A stretch of 41,953 nt of DNA from NCBI GenBank assembly GCA_030141605.1, contig JAQGDQ010001417.1, positions 1-41,953 on the forward strand. The letters run 5' to 3'. Position numbers and translations under genes: made by a program. The number at the start of each line of letters is the position of its first letter. Positions within the stretch are counted from its first letter, which is position 1. Origin of the DNA: Tubiluchus corallicola (Eukaryota > Animalia > Priapulida). The notes under the pieces are model-generated. The model worked only from the letters and a program-made list of their open reading frames with translations, did not search any database and had not been told where the DNA came from. This document shows positions 1 through 12,246 of this stretch, one piece after another.

Positions 1-1099
1 ACGTACATACTGTACTACTTATACGTATAAACTATAGACTTGTATGCAAGCAGGGCAAAACGTATATACTGTACTACTTATACGTATAAACTATAGACTT
101 GTATGCAAGCAGGGCAAAACGTACATACTGTACTACTTACACGTATAAACTATAGACTTGTATGCAAGCAGGGCAAAACGTATATACTGTACTACTTATA
201 CGTATAAACTATAGACTTGTATGCAAGCAGGGCAAAACGTACATACTGTACTACTTATACGTATAAACTATAGACTTGTATGCAAGCAGGGCAAAACGTA
301 TATACTGTACTACTTATACGTATAAACTATAGACTTGTATGCAAGCAGGGCAAAACGTATATACTGTACTACTTATACGTATAAACTATAGACTTGTATG
401 CAAGCAGGGCAAAACGTACATACTGTACTACTTATACGTATAAACTATAGACTTGTATGCAAGCAGGGCAAAACGTATACACTGTACTACTTATACGTGT
501 AAACTATAGACTTGTATGCAAGCAGGGCAAAACGTACATACTGTACTACTTATACGTGTAAACTATAGACTTGTATGCAAGCAGGGCAAAACGTACATAC
601 TGTACTACTTATACGTATAAACTATAGACTTGTATGCAAGCAGGGCAAAACGTATATACTGTACTACTTATACGTATAAACTATAGACTTGTATGCAAGC
701 AGGGCAAAACGTATATACTGTACTACTTATACGTATAAACTATAGACTTGTATGCAAGCAGGGCAAAACGTACATACTGTACTACTTATACGTATAAACT
801 ATAGACTTGTATGCAAGCAAGGCAAAACGTATATACTGTACTACTTATACGTGTAAACTATAGACTTGTATGCAAGCAGGCCAAAACGTACATACTGTAC
901 TACTTATACGTATAAACTATAGATTTGTATGCAAGCAGGGCAAAACGTATATACTGTACTACTTATACGTATAAACTATAGACTTGTATGCAAGCAGGGC
1001 AAAACGTATACACTGTACTACTTCTACGTATAAACTATAGACTTGTATGCAAGCAGGGCAAAACGTATATACTGTACTACTTATACGTATAAACTATAG
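1..1099. repeat. 59-bp minisatellite, ~18.6 copies, runs off the window start
   Basis: Unit ACGTAYATACTGTACTACTTATACGTATAAACTATAGACTTGTATGCAAGCAGGGCAAA repeats head-to-tail with few substitutions and ends at ...ACTATAGA (1099). Confidence 0.97.
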
Positions 1100-1227
1100 A
1101 GAATAAAAAAATGTGCAAAAAAGGCTTACATGAAAATGTTCATTATCAAGGCATCTAAAACAAAGAAATTGACCAGAATTTAGAAACATCATCGAAATAC
1201 AATTCAGTAGTTAATAACCAAAAGATA

Positions 1228-1390
1228 TATAATGTAATGTAATGTAATATAGTATAATATAATGTAATATAATGTACTGTGATGTAATGTCATGTAATGT
1301 AATATGATATGATATGACGTGACGTAACGTAACGTAACGTAACGTAACGTAACGTAACGTAACGTAACATAACATAACATAATATAAGAT
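1228..1390. repeat. Compound pentanucleotide microsatellite (AATGT/GATAT/AACGT/AACAT)n
   Basis: Directly visible 5-bp periodicity with a drifting motif. Confidence 0.9.
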
Positions 1391-1835
1391 AGATAGAAGA
1401 TGTAAGATAGATCTATATATAATATATATATAGATAGTTTAAGAATTTACCTTACACATTACATATGTTGATTAGTATGAGACTATGGAACACTCCACAA
1501 ACAAACAAACATGTTAGTAGGAATAAAACTGTCACTTTTATATCATATATCATTTGACTATTAACGACTGAATTGTATTTCGATGTTGTTTCTAAATTCT
1601 GGTAAATTTCTGTTTTTAGATGCCCCGACAATGAACAATTTGTTCAAAACTTTTCGGCAATAAACTCCATTTTGATGTAGTTACATTTATTTCCCAAATG
1701 TAGATAATTTAAAAAAAGGGATAATTAAAAAACTACGGATAAAACATAAAGATGAAAGAGCTCGGAGTATTCACTTGTTCATTTTCACATTTTTCTAAAA
1801 ACTTTGCCACCGTTTGTTGCTTTGGGCGAATATTT

Positions 1836-1942
1836 TTGGCGGACATTAATTGTGCTTAGTCCAGCTTGACTAGCCAGTGGCCATGGCGGCAGACATTAAT
1901 TGTGTTTAGTCCAGCTTGACTAGCCAGTGCCCATGGCGGCAG
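1836..1942. repeat. Two-copy tandem duplication of ~50 bp
   Basis: GACATTAATTGTGYTTAGTCCAGCTTGACTAGCCAGTGSCCATGGCGGCAG occurs twice in tandem. Confidence 0.9.
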
Positions 1943-2375
1943 CTAGATATAATCCAGAACGTGCTGCGTTGTTAATCTCTCTCTGTTTGCTATTATATGT
2001 CATAAAATGCACATTTCCTGGACTCCGGGTCCTGCAGCTGTTGAAGCCACTGCAGCAGTTGTTCGTATGGCTTCGCAGAGCTGGTACCAGGATTCAAGCA
2101 GAGGAAACTCAATATTGATTTCACGATTCGTAGCCTCTAGCTAAAGTTTTACTGAAGTAAACATTTATAAGACGAAACGTAATGCTTTTTTAGAACAAAA
2201 ACATAAATTCAGCTCTAGTTCAAGCTGCGCGCGCAAGTCGTGGAAAATGACTAGAAATTAGAGTTTTACTTTCATTGAGATTGAAACGTCATCATAACTC
2301 ATTAGATAACCTAAACTTTGGCTAATTACCTGTAATTTTAATATCAGCATTATACAGGTGATTTAGTACTGAATC

Positions 2376-2518
2376 GCACACATGCACGCACACACTCACT
2401 CACGCGCGCACCCGCACGCACACCCACACACACCACACATGCACGCGCACACACACAAACACACACACACGCACGCACGCGCACGCACACACACACACAC
2501 ACACAGACACACACACAC
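2376..2518. repeat. Imperfect (CA)n/(CACG)n microsatellite
   Basis: Directly visible; explains the His/Thr-rich ORF 2382-2660. Confidence 0.95.
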
Positions 2519-2529
2519 TGTTTTGGCAA

Positions 2530-2995
2530 AAGAAACTACAAATGTATCGAACCTTCAAAAAACTTCATCAACTGGAAAACTATTTACTTTCTGGTTATTC
2601 CAAATATGGTGTAACAAAATTTACAAAACTGAGAATCAGCTCTCATACTTTGTGTATTGAAAGAGGGAGGTACGTTAAACCTGGAAGAATCCCAGTTGAG
2701 AATCAGCTCTCATACTTTGTGTATTGAAAGAGGGAGGTACGTTAAACCTGGAAAAGTCCCAGTTGAGAATCGTATCTGCTCGTACTGTTTAAGAAATGAA
2801 ATCAAAGACGAATTACACTTTGTTATAAAATGCCCATATTACAATGATCTTAGAGGAAAATTATATAATCATATCAATGTAATTAAACCAGAATTTTTCC
2901 TTATGAGCGATGCTGATAAATTTTTATTCCTGATGGGAAGTAAAGATTTAGAAATAATTAAGACATTTATTGATTGCGTTGAAAAAGCATGGTAA
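2530..2995 (+). mobile_element. Non-LTR retrotransposon (LINE) ORF2 C-terminal fragment with CCHC zinc-knuckle, frameshifted
   Basis: Joining the ORFs gives KLQMYRTFKK..LENYL..TKLRISSHTLCIERGRY..ENRICSYC..EIKDELHFVIKCPYYNDLR. This matches the R-x-S-x-H-x-L-x-I-E-x-G-R / C-x2-C...E-x-H-F-x3-C pattern typical of invertebrate LINE ORF2 ends. A 67-bp internal tandem duplication (2631/2698) breaks the frame. Confidence 0.85.
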
Positions 2996-3080
2996 ACAAC
3001 ATACAAAGTGTTTTCATTTATATCTTCTGAATGTGATACGGTTAGTTTTACGTTTCGTTTAGCGCTGTGTAAATCTTTAA

Positions 3081-3775
3081 ACACAAGAAAAACCTTTTAC
3101 TTTTACGTGAAGTTAAAAAAACGTCTTGAAATTTTGTATCCTCTGGTGTTTTGTTACTGCCTTATTGCACACAGGGCTTGCGTCATAGCAGTAACGCTGT
3201 ATAAACGCTTGAAATTTAACTTCCGCGATGACCGTTAGGCGCAGCCATTTTAGTGGTAAGTCGTTTGAAACGAGTTTAGATAATGTTGTATAAAGTTTGG
3301 AAAAATAATCAGAGCATTCGTAGCGCACACGTCACTAACTAATAAAAAGTTTAAGTTACTTTATATTGTCAGTAAGATTAAAAAAATACGTTATTGGTGA
3401 AGCAGTGGTGCACCCTAGGAAGGTGAGTCAGTGATGCACACTGGGAAGGTGAGTCAGTGGTGCACACTGGGAAGGTGAGTCAGTGGTGCACACTGGGAAG
3501 GTGAGTCAGTGATGCACACTGGGAAGGTGAGTCAGTGGTGCACACTGGGAAGGTGAGTCAGTGGTGCACACTGGAAAGCTGAGTCAGTGGTGCACACTGG
3601 GAAGGTGAGTCAGTGACGTTTCACATATTCGCACGAACACTTTAAATTACTAAGAATTTTCTTTTCTAGTTACAAAAGTCATTCAAACAGGTAAGCATAA
3701 TGCTACGTATCATAACCTTCTATGTAAGTTTTTTATGTATATACTTTAAAATTGTATGTTCTTTCCCTTTAAAAT
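3081..3775 (-). mobile_element. Diverged copy of the 6301-6983 MITE family, opposite orientation
   Basis: 3210-3390 (CGCGATGACCGTTAGGCGCAGCCATTT...CATTCGTAGCGCACACGTCACTAACT) is the reverse complement of 6690-6860. 3655-3770 matches the reverse complement of 6490-6600. Begins TTAA|ACACAAGAAAA; the far end is not resolved. Confidence 0.75.
3403..3615. repeat. 26-bp minisatellite, ~8 copies, inside the MITE
   Basis: Unit CAGTGGTGCACACTGGGAAGGTGAGT. Confidence 0.95.
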
Positions 3776-4375
3776 GTCAATTACTGTCAACATGCTGTAG
3801 AATTTAAAGCCACTGTCTAGTGAATGCAGCTTTTTAGAAATGGCCGCCTGTTGGTTAACAGACACGATTTCTTTTAGTTTTGTACGAACTAATATTATAA
3901 ATTTACATTTTGTGAAAAGAATTTTTATTTTTGCTGCGCATGCGTAAAGTCACCGACATTGATCTTTAATCGAGAAGAAACAAGATGGCGTTTTTCCCAT
4001 AACTTATATCTCCTGTTATATCTTCTGTGAAATGTCAGTGTTGAAATGTCGTCTGGTTAGAGAGTAAATGAAAAGGGAAGGTGATCAGGCTTTACACGAA
4101 CCAGTGGCATTTACTATCGGTTAATTTTCACAACCATTAAATGAAACTGCGAGAAGCTGAAGAACAATTTAACTGTCCGAGCATTAAGTACAGAGAGGAA
4201 GACCAATGTGCTGTTGTCGTGGAGAAATACGGAAATCACCTAGCTATGTCATAAATGAATTATGTTACATAGACGAGTAAGGCATATGTATGTAATCAGG
4301 GAATTGTTGCTAAAAGATCGTGTTGTCTGTGGCGTTGAGAAATACAGAAATCACCTAGCTATGTCATAAATGAGC

Positions 4376-5480
<1,105 letters not shown>

Positions 5481-5799
5481 ATAGTAACATCTTTCTTTGC
5501 TGTGATGTTGATAATCATAACAAAATATTAAGATTCTCAATCAGTGATAGCTGAATAACATTCACTGTTGGAGGCAAATGCTTCAGTGCAAAATCTAAAC
5601 TACAGATGCATAAATAAAATAACTTCACACTTAAATTTTACATATTTCACATATTTGCAACTGACTATTAACAAAATTAAGTCGTTTAATTTTCGCCTGG
5701 GGTAAATGAATTCTGCTTTAGTGTGTAAGTCGTTATATTGGTAAGTTGGATATGAAAATGTTGACATCAGTAAGGTTTTGTGTTGGTTTCGTATGCGGT

Positions 5800-6236
5800 T
5801 AATAATTTAATGCGTTTGATTTACACTGGCAGTGAATTCCAGAGCTGAACGGCGTTTCTTGCAATTAAATTGTTTCCAAAGCATTTGTTTGTTCTGGTTT
5901 GTTTCAAGTTAAATGTTCTGGCGTTTAATTCGGGATTTTTGAATAGTGCTAATTTGTTACTTTTGAATAGAATACTTAAATAATTTATATATCTGAAAAT
6001 AAATAATAATGTAGGATGATCTTTATGGGCTTCTACGATTGGCATATTTAGTTCGTTTCTTGAGTTAGTTACAGAATATGCATTCTTATTATCTGGATTG
6101 TATTCATGATTTTTCTGACAAACCTGATATTAATTTTACTGCATAGTTTTGTAACGTATTTATTTTTATAAAAAATTTTCCCTTTTGTTTGAAAGAGTGC
6201 ACAGCCATATAGAAAATGCGGTAATACTAGTGCATT
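5800..6236 (-). mobile_element. Decayed CR1/L2-group LINE, 3' part of ORF2
   Basis: Minus strand gives NALVLPHFLYGCALF (~6236-6192) and downstream ARTFNLKQTRTNKCFGNNLIARNAVQLWNSLP. These resemble the 'ALVxPxLxY' and 'LWNxLP' motifs of CR1/L2-type ORF2 ends; the two pieces do not form one continuous ORF. Confidence 0.65.
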
Positions 6237-6300
6237 ACGTTACAAATTAGATACTATGTCACATACAAGGGTAAAGCAGACTTTAAATATGACTGCTTAA

Positions 6301-6983
6301 AGGACAAGAAAAGAGGCACCTGAAGTAGGTTTCAGAAAAATCGCCTTGAAAAATTACATTACTTTATAGCAATTTTATGCGTATATCGTATTCGCACTGA
6401 AAGGAATTTTAGTTTGTTTTCATTTTAAAACTCCCGCAATACTGTTCCGAAGTCGCCATTACATGACGTCATGTACCAAACGTAAATCAAGGGAAGAAAA
6501 GGCAATGTTAAATTATATATCAAAAGACTTTCCGTGCAAATCTATATTACTTGGATTTTCACTTACCTGCTAGTAAGACTTATGTAACTAGAAAAGAAAA
6601 TTATTAATTATTTAAAATATGTTCACCAATTGATAAAATGTCGCTGACTCACCCTCCAGGGTGCACCACTCACTAACCAAAAACGTATTTTTAATCTTAT
6701 TGACAAGATACAGTCATTTTAAATTTTATTTAGTTAGTGACATGTGCGCTACGAATGTTCTGATTATTTTTTCAAACTTTACTCATTGTTATCTAAAGTT
6801 GTTTCGAATGACCTGTTGTGTAAATGGCTGCGTCTAACGATCATCGCGGGAGTTTAAATTTACATGTTTTACACAGCGTGACTGCCGGTTGAAGTCCTGC
6901 ATGCAAAAAGGCAGTATGTAAGTGTTGTAAAATTTCAAAACGAATTTTTTAAGCTTTATGTTTATGAAGAGTTTTCTTGTGCT
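6301..6983 (+). mobile_element. Non-autonomous DNA transposon (MITE) with TTAA target duplication, Kolobok-like
   Basis: TTAA(6297-6300)|AGGACAAGAAAA ... TTTTCTTGTGCT|TTAA(6984-6987). AG..CT termini plus TTAA fit Kolobok rather than piggyBac (CC..GG). Related copies at 3081-3775 and ~27095-27245. Confidence 0.75.
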
Positions 6984-8417
6984 TTAAAGCAGTCATATTT
7001 AATAAGGAAATTGTTGTTAAAACATCCTGCTGTCTGTGGCGTTGAGAAATGAAGGAATCGTCTAGTTACGCCATGCACTTATTACAAACGAAAATTTAAT
7101 GAGATTATGGAAGAAAGTTGACAGTAGCGTCCTTAACAAAATGCTCGATGCGCATAAGAACTGTATCAGGAAACTGTTTTAAATTACTATGTGATTGTAC
7201 TGCTTCTGACAAGTGTGTAAATTTAACATTTTCACAATTTTTTAACGGTCCAGCTTTTGTTCGATTATCCGTAAAAACGAAGTTCGGCAAACCGAGATGT
7301 GAGATATTTACTTTTTAGCATTTAATTTTCTATCGTTTATTTTTCTTATTCAAACATTCATGTGCAGTTTCATTTGCAATGCAATTTCTAAGTAGGCTCA
7401 GTTCTTAGTAGAACTTGCAGCAGTGCTTTGCAGCGAATTAATGGTTCAAGTAACATTTCCGTGTCATCACAACCAATCAACATGCCCATTAATTGATTAT
7501 TCTAACGAAGTGGAATTAATTAATTACTTAATTGATTAATCAATGTAGATGGGAAGTTGGTTTCTTATTGATAAGTTTCTCTCGCCTGGAGGCGTTGCTC
7601 CGTTCGCTAAAAGCGATGAAAAATTGTTTCCGCTTTTTCAGTAGTTCCTCCACGTTGTGCACAAAATCAGCTATATATGTTCACGAGGTTCGAGTTTGGC
7701 AACCTTTTTAAGTGTTTTCTTCAACGTTAACCAAGGATAATTGTTTTTCAGTTAAAGGATGTTATGATGGGTTTATTTTACTGTTGTCACTTAAACTTAG
7801 AAAAATATAACAAAAAAATTTGCATGGAACTGTCTATAAAACATAAATTTAAAATATACTACCTCTGAATAGAAAATTTATGATTGGTGAGTCAGTTGAA
7901 AGTCATGACGTAACTGGGAGACTTCGTGACTTTTCGTAGGCGGGCGCTTAAACTAATTCAAACTTCTGCAGCACCTAATATTCGTGCAGAAATATTACAA
8001 AATTAGCTATCTAATTTTCGTATAAAAACTTGTTATACTTTTGGCGAAGATTAACAGTGCACTACTTTTCTTCAAAGCGAATGACGTCATTGGAAGAAGA
8101 ATAGACATTGAAAATGGGAGCGTCCAAGCATGAAGTGATCACAACTTTAAAGTCATTTTACTAATTACACGAGGCGCTTGTTGCAGTTTTTTTACTAAAT
8201 CCTTCTAACATTTTTTGCGAACATTGAAATAACCCTGACCGTCTAGAAGGCTTGACTTTTCCTTTAAAGATTCTTCACTGAGATGCCTATTTAGTCATTT
8301 TTATTGTAATTTTTTTATTAATTACTCCAACATTAAAAATTACTCCCCTGTTACGTACAAAAACCGATTGCTGCTATTTTTATTATAATTTATTGTAAAT
8401 AAACGTTTTTATTTCAG

Positions 8418-9169
8418 GTTACGGTCAAGCCACACCAAGAACAATGCCCGGAAAGATCTTCTGCATGGCGTACGCTTTGTGTGGAATACCACTAGGCATC
8501 GTTATGTTTCAGAGCGTCGGTGAAAGACTGAATACATTCTTTACTTTCGTCATTAAACACCTAAAGCGAATCTTCAAAATGAAAAATGAGAACGAGGTGG
8601 CAGAAACTACCCTCATTGGGGTGGGGACCACCCTCAGTGGGTTGGTCACGTTTTCGGGGGCTGCTGCTTTCATGCATTTCGAGGGGTGGACGTATTTTGA
8701 ATCTCTGTATTACTGTTTGATAACCGTGACTACGATTGGTTTTGGAGATTATGTAACGTTGCAGCAGAACCAAGCTTTACATAAGAATCCAGAATACATC
8801 GCTTTCAGTTTGATCTTTATTCTTGTGGGACTCATGGTAGCAGGTGCTTGTATTAATCTGGTCGTGTTAAAATTCTTCACTTTGAACATGGAGAGCCTAG
8901 AGGACAAATCTGAGGAACCCGGTCCCTTTGCTCTTGATGGCGACATCGTAGTCACGGCCGTCGATTCTGGCGATGACGGTCAGCATAGTGAACATATGTC
9001 CGTGTGCTCGTGTTCGTGTTATGGTGAGCGAGGAATTTTTAAGAAGAAGAAGCTTAAACCGAAAAATCATGTTAAAAGAGGGACGAAAGAGAATCTTTAT
9101 AACTGTGCTGATGATGTGGACGCCTTTATGAAGTGTGAATTATTGAATCAAAAACGAGCGTCCGTGTGA
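8418..9169 (+). CDS. KCNK9: Terminal exon of a two-pore-domain K+ channel, TASK subfamily (KCNK3/KCNK9/sup-9-like); 5' exon(s) outside the window or not recognised
   Basis: Acceptor TTTTTATTTCAG|GT at 8417/8418 splits the first Gly of pore-1 GYG, the intron position conserved in K2P genes. Reads (G)YGQATPRTMPGKIFCMAYALCGIPL..VMFQSVGERLNT; pore 2 is YYCLITVTTIGFGDYV; TM4 ends NLVVLKFFT; also SVCSCSCY and C-terminal KRASV*. All are colinear with TASK-1/TASK-3. The ATG at 8444 is internal, not the start. The symbol denotes family resemblance, not proven 1:1 orthology. Confidence 0.96.
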
Positions 9170-9307
9170 TTGATTAATTGATCGATCGATTGATTGATTA
9201 CATAAGAGTTTGTTGCACTTTGAACTTTTACACTTGTAGATGTTGTTGGTGTTTTAATCTTGTTGAAAGAATATTTATTGTTAATATTAAATTTTTCATT
9301 TTTTTGG

Positions 9308-9313
9308 AATAAA
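9308..9313 (+). promoter_or_regulatory. Candidate polyadenylation signal for the K2P gene
   Basis: First AATAAA, ~140 bp after the stop codon. The AT-rich context makes a chance occurrence likely. Confidence 0.3.
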
Positions 9314-9668
9314 AAATTTGGAAAATGGTTCGTTTGAAGTTTCTTATTATTACTTTTTAGGCCCTTTTCACAGTGAGGAGGCGCTACAAATAGTTTTTAG
9401 TGAGGAATTCTGCTGTCAGCTAAAAGCTATGCGTCCTCCTCGTGAGAAAATGTTGCCGCATGTTAGAAATACTGCATGTTCCATTTTCGTGAGCAATCCT
9501 CGTGGAATTCAATCTTAAGTTTAACTAGTCAATTACTTCTTTCTTATTTAACGAACAACAATTAAAACATTACAGTATAAACTAGTAAGATTTAATTTCT
9601 CTTTTAATAGACTGATGATTTCATGTTTTATTAATGCAACATCGATGGCTGTATTCGTGCAAAAAAGA

Positions 9669-10230
9669 CGCCTATGAATTTTAATATAGACCCACCTTTA
9701 ATATAGTATTATTCTTATACGCTCTAGTGAGTAAGACTCATTTCACACTGAGGATAAGACCCATTTCACACTGAGCACGCGAGGAAAAATGAGGCACAGA
9801 ATTGATGTCAGAAAATGCATTTTCTTTTATACATGTATAAAATTTCAGATTTTGAACTGGTTAGTAGAACTTTACTAAAAAATAAACAGTTCTGACATTA
9901 CATTGATTAATATTATTAATTGTACTTTGCATATGAGAAATACAGCAAGTATAACTTAATTCAGACACAATTATACAGTATAAAACTCACAAAGTAACTG
10001 CAGCTAACAGAACTCGTGGAAAAAAACCCCTGTTTCACTATGAAATGAACTTTCTTGCTCTGTGGCATTTTAAAGAAAACGCGGAAATCTTCGCAAAATT
10101 CGTTGATTTTCTGACAGCGATTCTGTGCTTCATTTTTCCTCGCGCTCTCACTGTGAAATGAGTCTTACTCACTAGAGCGTATAAGGATAATACTATATTT
10201 TAGGTAGGCCTATATTAAAATTCGAAGGCG
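9669..10230. mobile_element. Foldback/MITE-like element with ~125-150 bp terminal inverted repeats
   Basis: 9669-9818 (CGCCTATGAATTTTAATATAG..TATACGCTCTAGTGAGTAAGACTCATTTCACA..CGCGAGGAAAAATGAGGCACAGAAT..TGTCAGAAAAT) is the reverse complement of 10106-10230. The left arm has a small internal duplication. No clear TSD. Confidence 0.85.
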
Positions 10231-10484
10231 GCGGCTTTGGAACTTGTTCACATGTCAGAAGGCTAAGGGTTGAGAATTCCTCCAGTTCGTTTAGTTGAGC
10301 TGCCCTTCACTGCCCTAGTTGAAACCAACACTAATTTGCGAAAGTAATAAACTCATAAAACAGCACAAACAAACGTTTACAGTTTGGGAAATGACTGGTC
10401 TATTAATAGAAGGCGATAAATTAGAGTCGAAATTGAATATTTTATTGCCTTACGCGCAGAATTAGGTCTATGAGTAGAGCAGAC

Positions 10485-10872
10485 CAGAGTGAAAGAGAGT
10501 CGGAGAGAGAAAGAGGGAAAGGGAGACAGAGAGAGAGAGAAAGTGAGAATGGAGGAAGAGAAAGAGAGTGGGGAGAGAGAGAGAAAAAAGAAAGAGAGAG
10601 TGAAAATGAAATGAGGGAGAGAAATAGAGTGGGGAAAGAGAAAGAGAGTGGGGGAGAAAGACCGTGACACAAGAAAAGATAGAAAGAAAGCGAATAACAG
10701 AAAGGGAGAGAGAGAGTGAATGACACAGAGTGGAGGAGAGAGAAATAACGTGAGACAAAAAAAGAATGACAGAGGGAGAGAAAGGGACAGAGAGAGATGG
10801 AGAAAGGGACAGAGAGAGATGGAGAAAGGGAGAGAGAAAGGCAAATAGACGGGAAGAGAGAGAGAGAAAGAC
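10485..10872. repeat. Degenerate (GA)-rich polypurine tract
   Basis: Directly visible; explains ORFs 10377-10987. Confidence 0.92.
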
Positions 10873-11280
10873 GAAATACATATATATGTATAGACAGAGA
10901 TCCAGCCATAGATTCCGACCCCGCCACAATCACGAGAGCAGGCTCTGGAGCTCACCTGGCAGAGTGATGAACTTATATAAGCGCTAATTTGGTAAGAAAA
11001 TTAAACATTTTACTGCAGCTGAGCTGACTAATCAGATTGTATCAAACTCTAATTCCACAAACATTAAAAGATAATTTGACAGTTAATTAAACACTTCATT
11101 AATGATGACACTTAAGTTCATAACACATTCATCCTCTTTTTCAGATGTTTAGATAAAAATTATATTAAAATTATACTTCAGTTGTTAGCGTAAAAAAATT
11201 ATTTTCTAAATACAAATCATCTAAAACAAGACGATTGGTCACTCGATGTCAACAACACCAAAAATTACAATCTTTGTCCA

Positions 11281-11640
11281 GAGAAATAGAATCATAGACG
11301 TGTGCTATAAGTGTATAAGGTTGTGGTTTTACAGGGAAACAATTTTCTGATACAAAATTCCACAGAGAAGAAGCCCCGTGGAAAAAGAAATGCCATGAGA
11401 AATTGAATCATAGACGTGTACTATTTTGTGCTATAAGTGTATAAGGTTGTAGTTTTACAGGGAAATAATTTTCTGATAAAAATTCCACAGATAAGAAGCC
11501 CTGTGGAAAAAGAAATGCCATGAGAAATAGAATCATAGACGTGTGCTATTTTGTGCTATAAGTGTATAAGGTTGTAGTTTTATAGGGAAACAATTTTCTG
11601 ATACAAAATTCCACAGAAAAGAAGCCCCGTGGAAAAAACT
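11281..11640. repeat. Three-copy tandem repeat of ~116-125 bp
   Basis: GAGAAATWGAATCATAGACGTGT...AATTCCACAG..AAGAAGCCC.GTGGAAAAA starts at 11281, 11397 and 11522. A related single motif lies at ~16057-16110. Confidence 0.9.
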
Positions 11641-12246
11641 GAAAAACCAACTATTTTTGAAATTAGGAGTTTCCATAGAAAAATAACAGAAGCAACAGGA
11701 AAATATAATAAGACAATTTATTATACACCAATTCAAAACAACTGCACAAATTATACTCTTCAGCACCTAAACGTATCCAACACTTGCTTACATTAACTAG
11801 TGCTCTTCATAAGCATTAAATACTATTTACAGTAAGTATTCTAGTATTATGCAATAAGTATGGCTTCAATTATGCAGAATTTACAACAAAAGCAAAACAG
11901 AAGGAAAGAAATTGAAAATATAGCAAGACCGGAACACAAATGTAAACAAAAATTTGTGTACAAATAAGTAAACACGTGGTCAAACTGGTCAACTGAACAG
12001 AAATAAACGAACAAATATCTCTCTGTTCCATTCATGATTATGAACAAATAAACATTTCTTTCATAGCCACTTCTCGATCATCCAATAATCGATAATCCAA
12101 ACAGATATCCATTAATCTCGGATATGAAATACGAAGCTCAAATGTCAAGCTATGAAAATGAAAATTGGCGAAGTTGAAAAAAATTGGAGAGCTCCATGAA
12201 TGCAGAGGAACTAAACATTTTTAGTGTACTTTGCACTAAGCGTACG

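Noticed and set aside
4210-4373. Short dispersed repeat TGTGGCGTTGAGAAAT..CTAGCTATGTCAT (4210, 4321, ~7030)
   Set aside because: The similarity is real but too short and degenerate to assign to an element or function.
8444-9169. Complete single-exon gene starting at ATG 8444
   Set aside because: It lacks TM1, the cap and pore helix 1. Homology extends upstream to a canonical acceptor at 8417.
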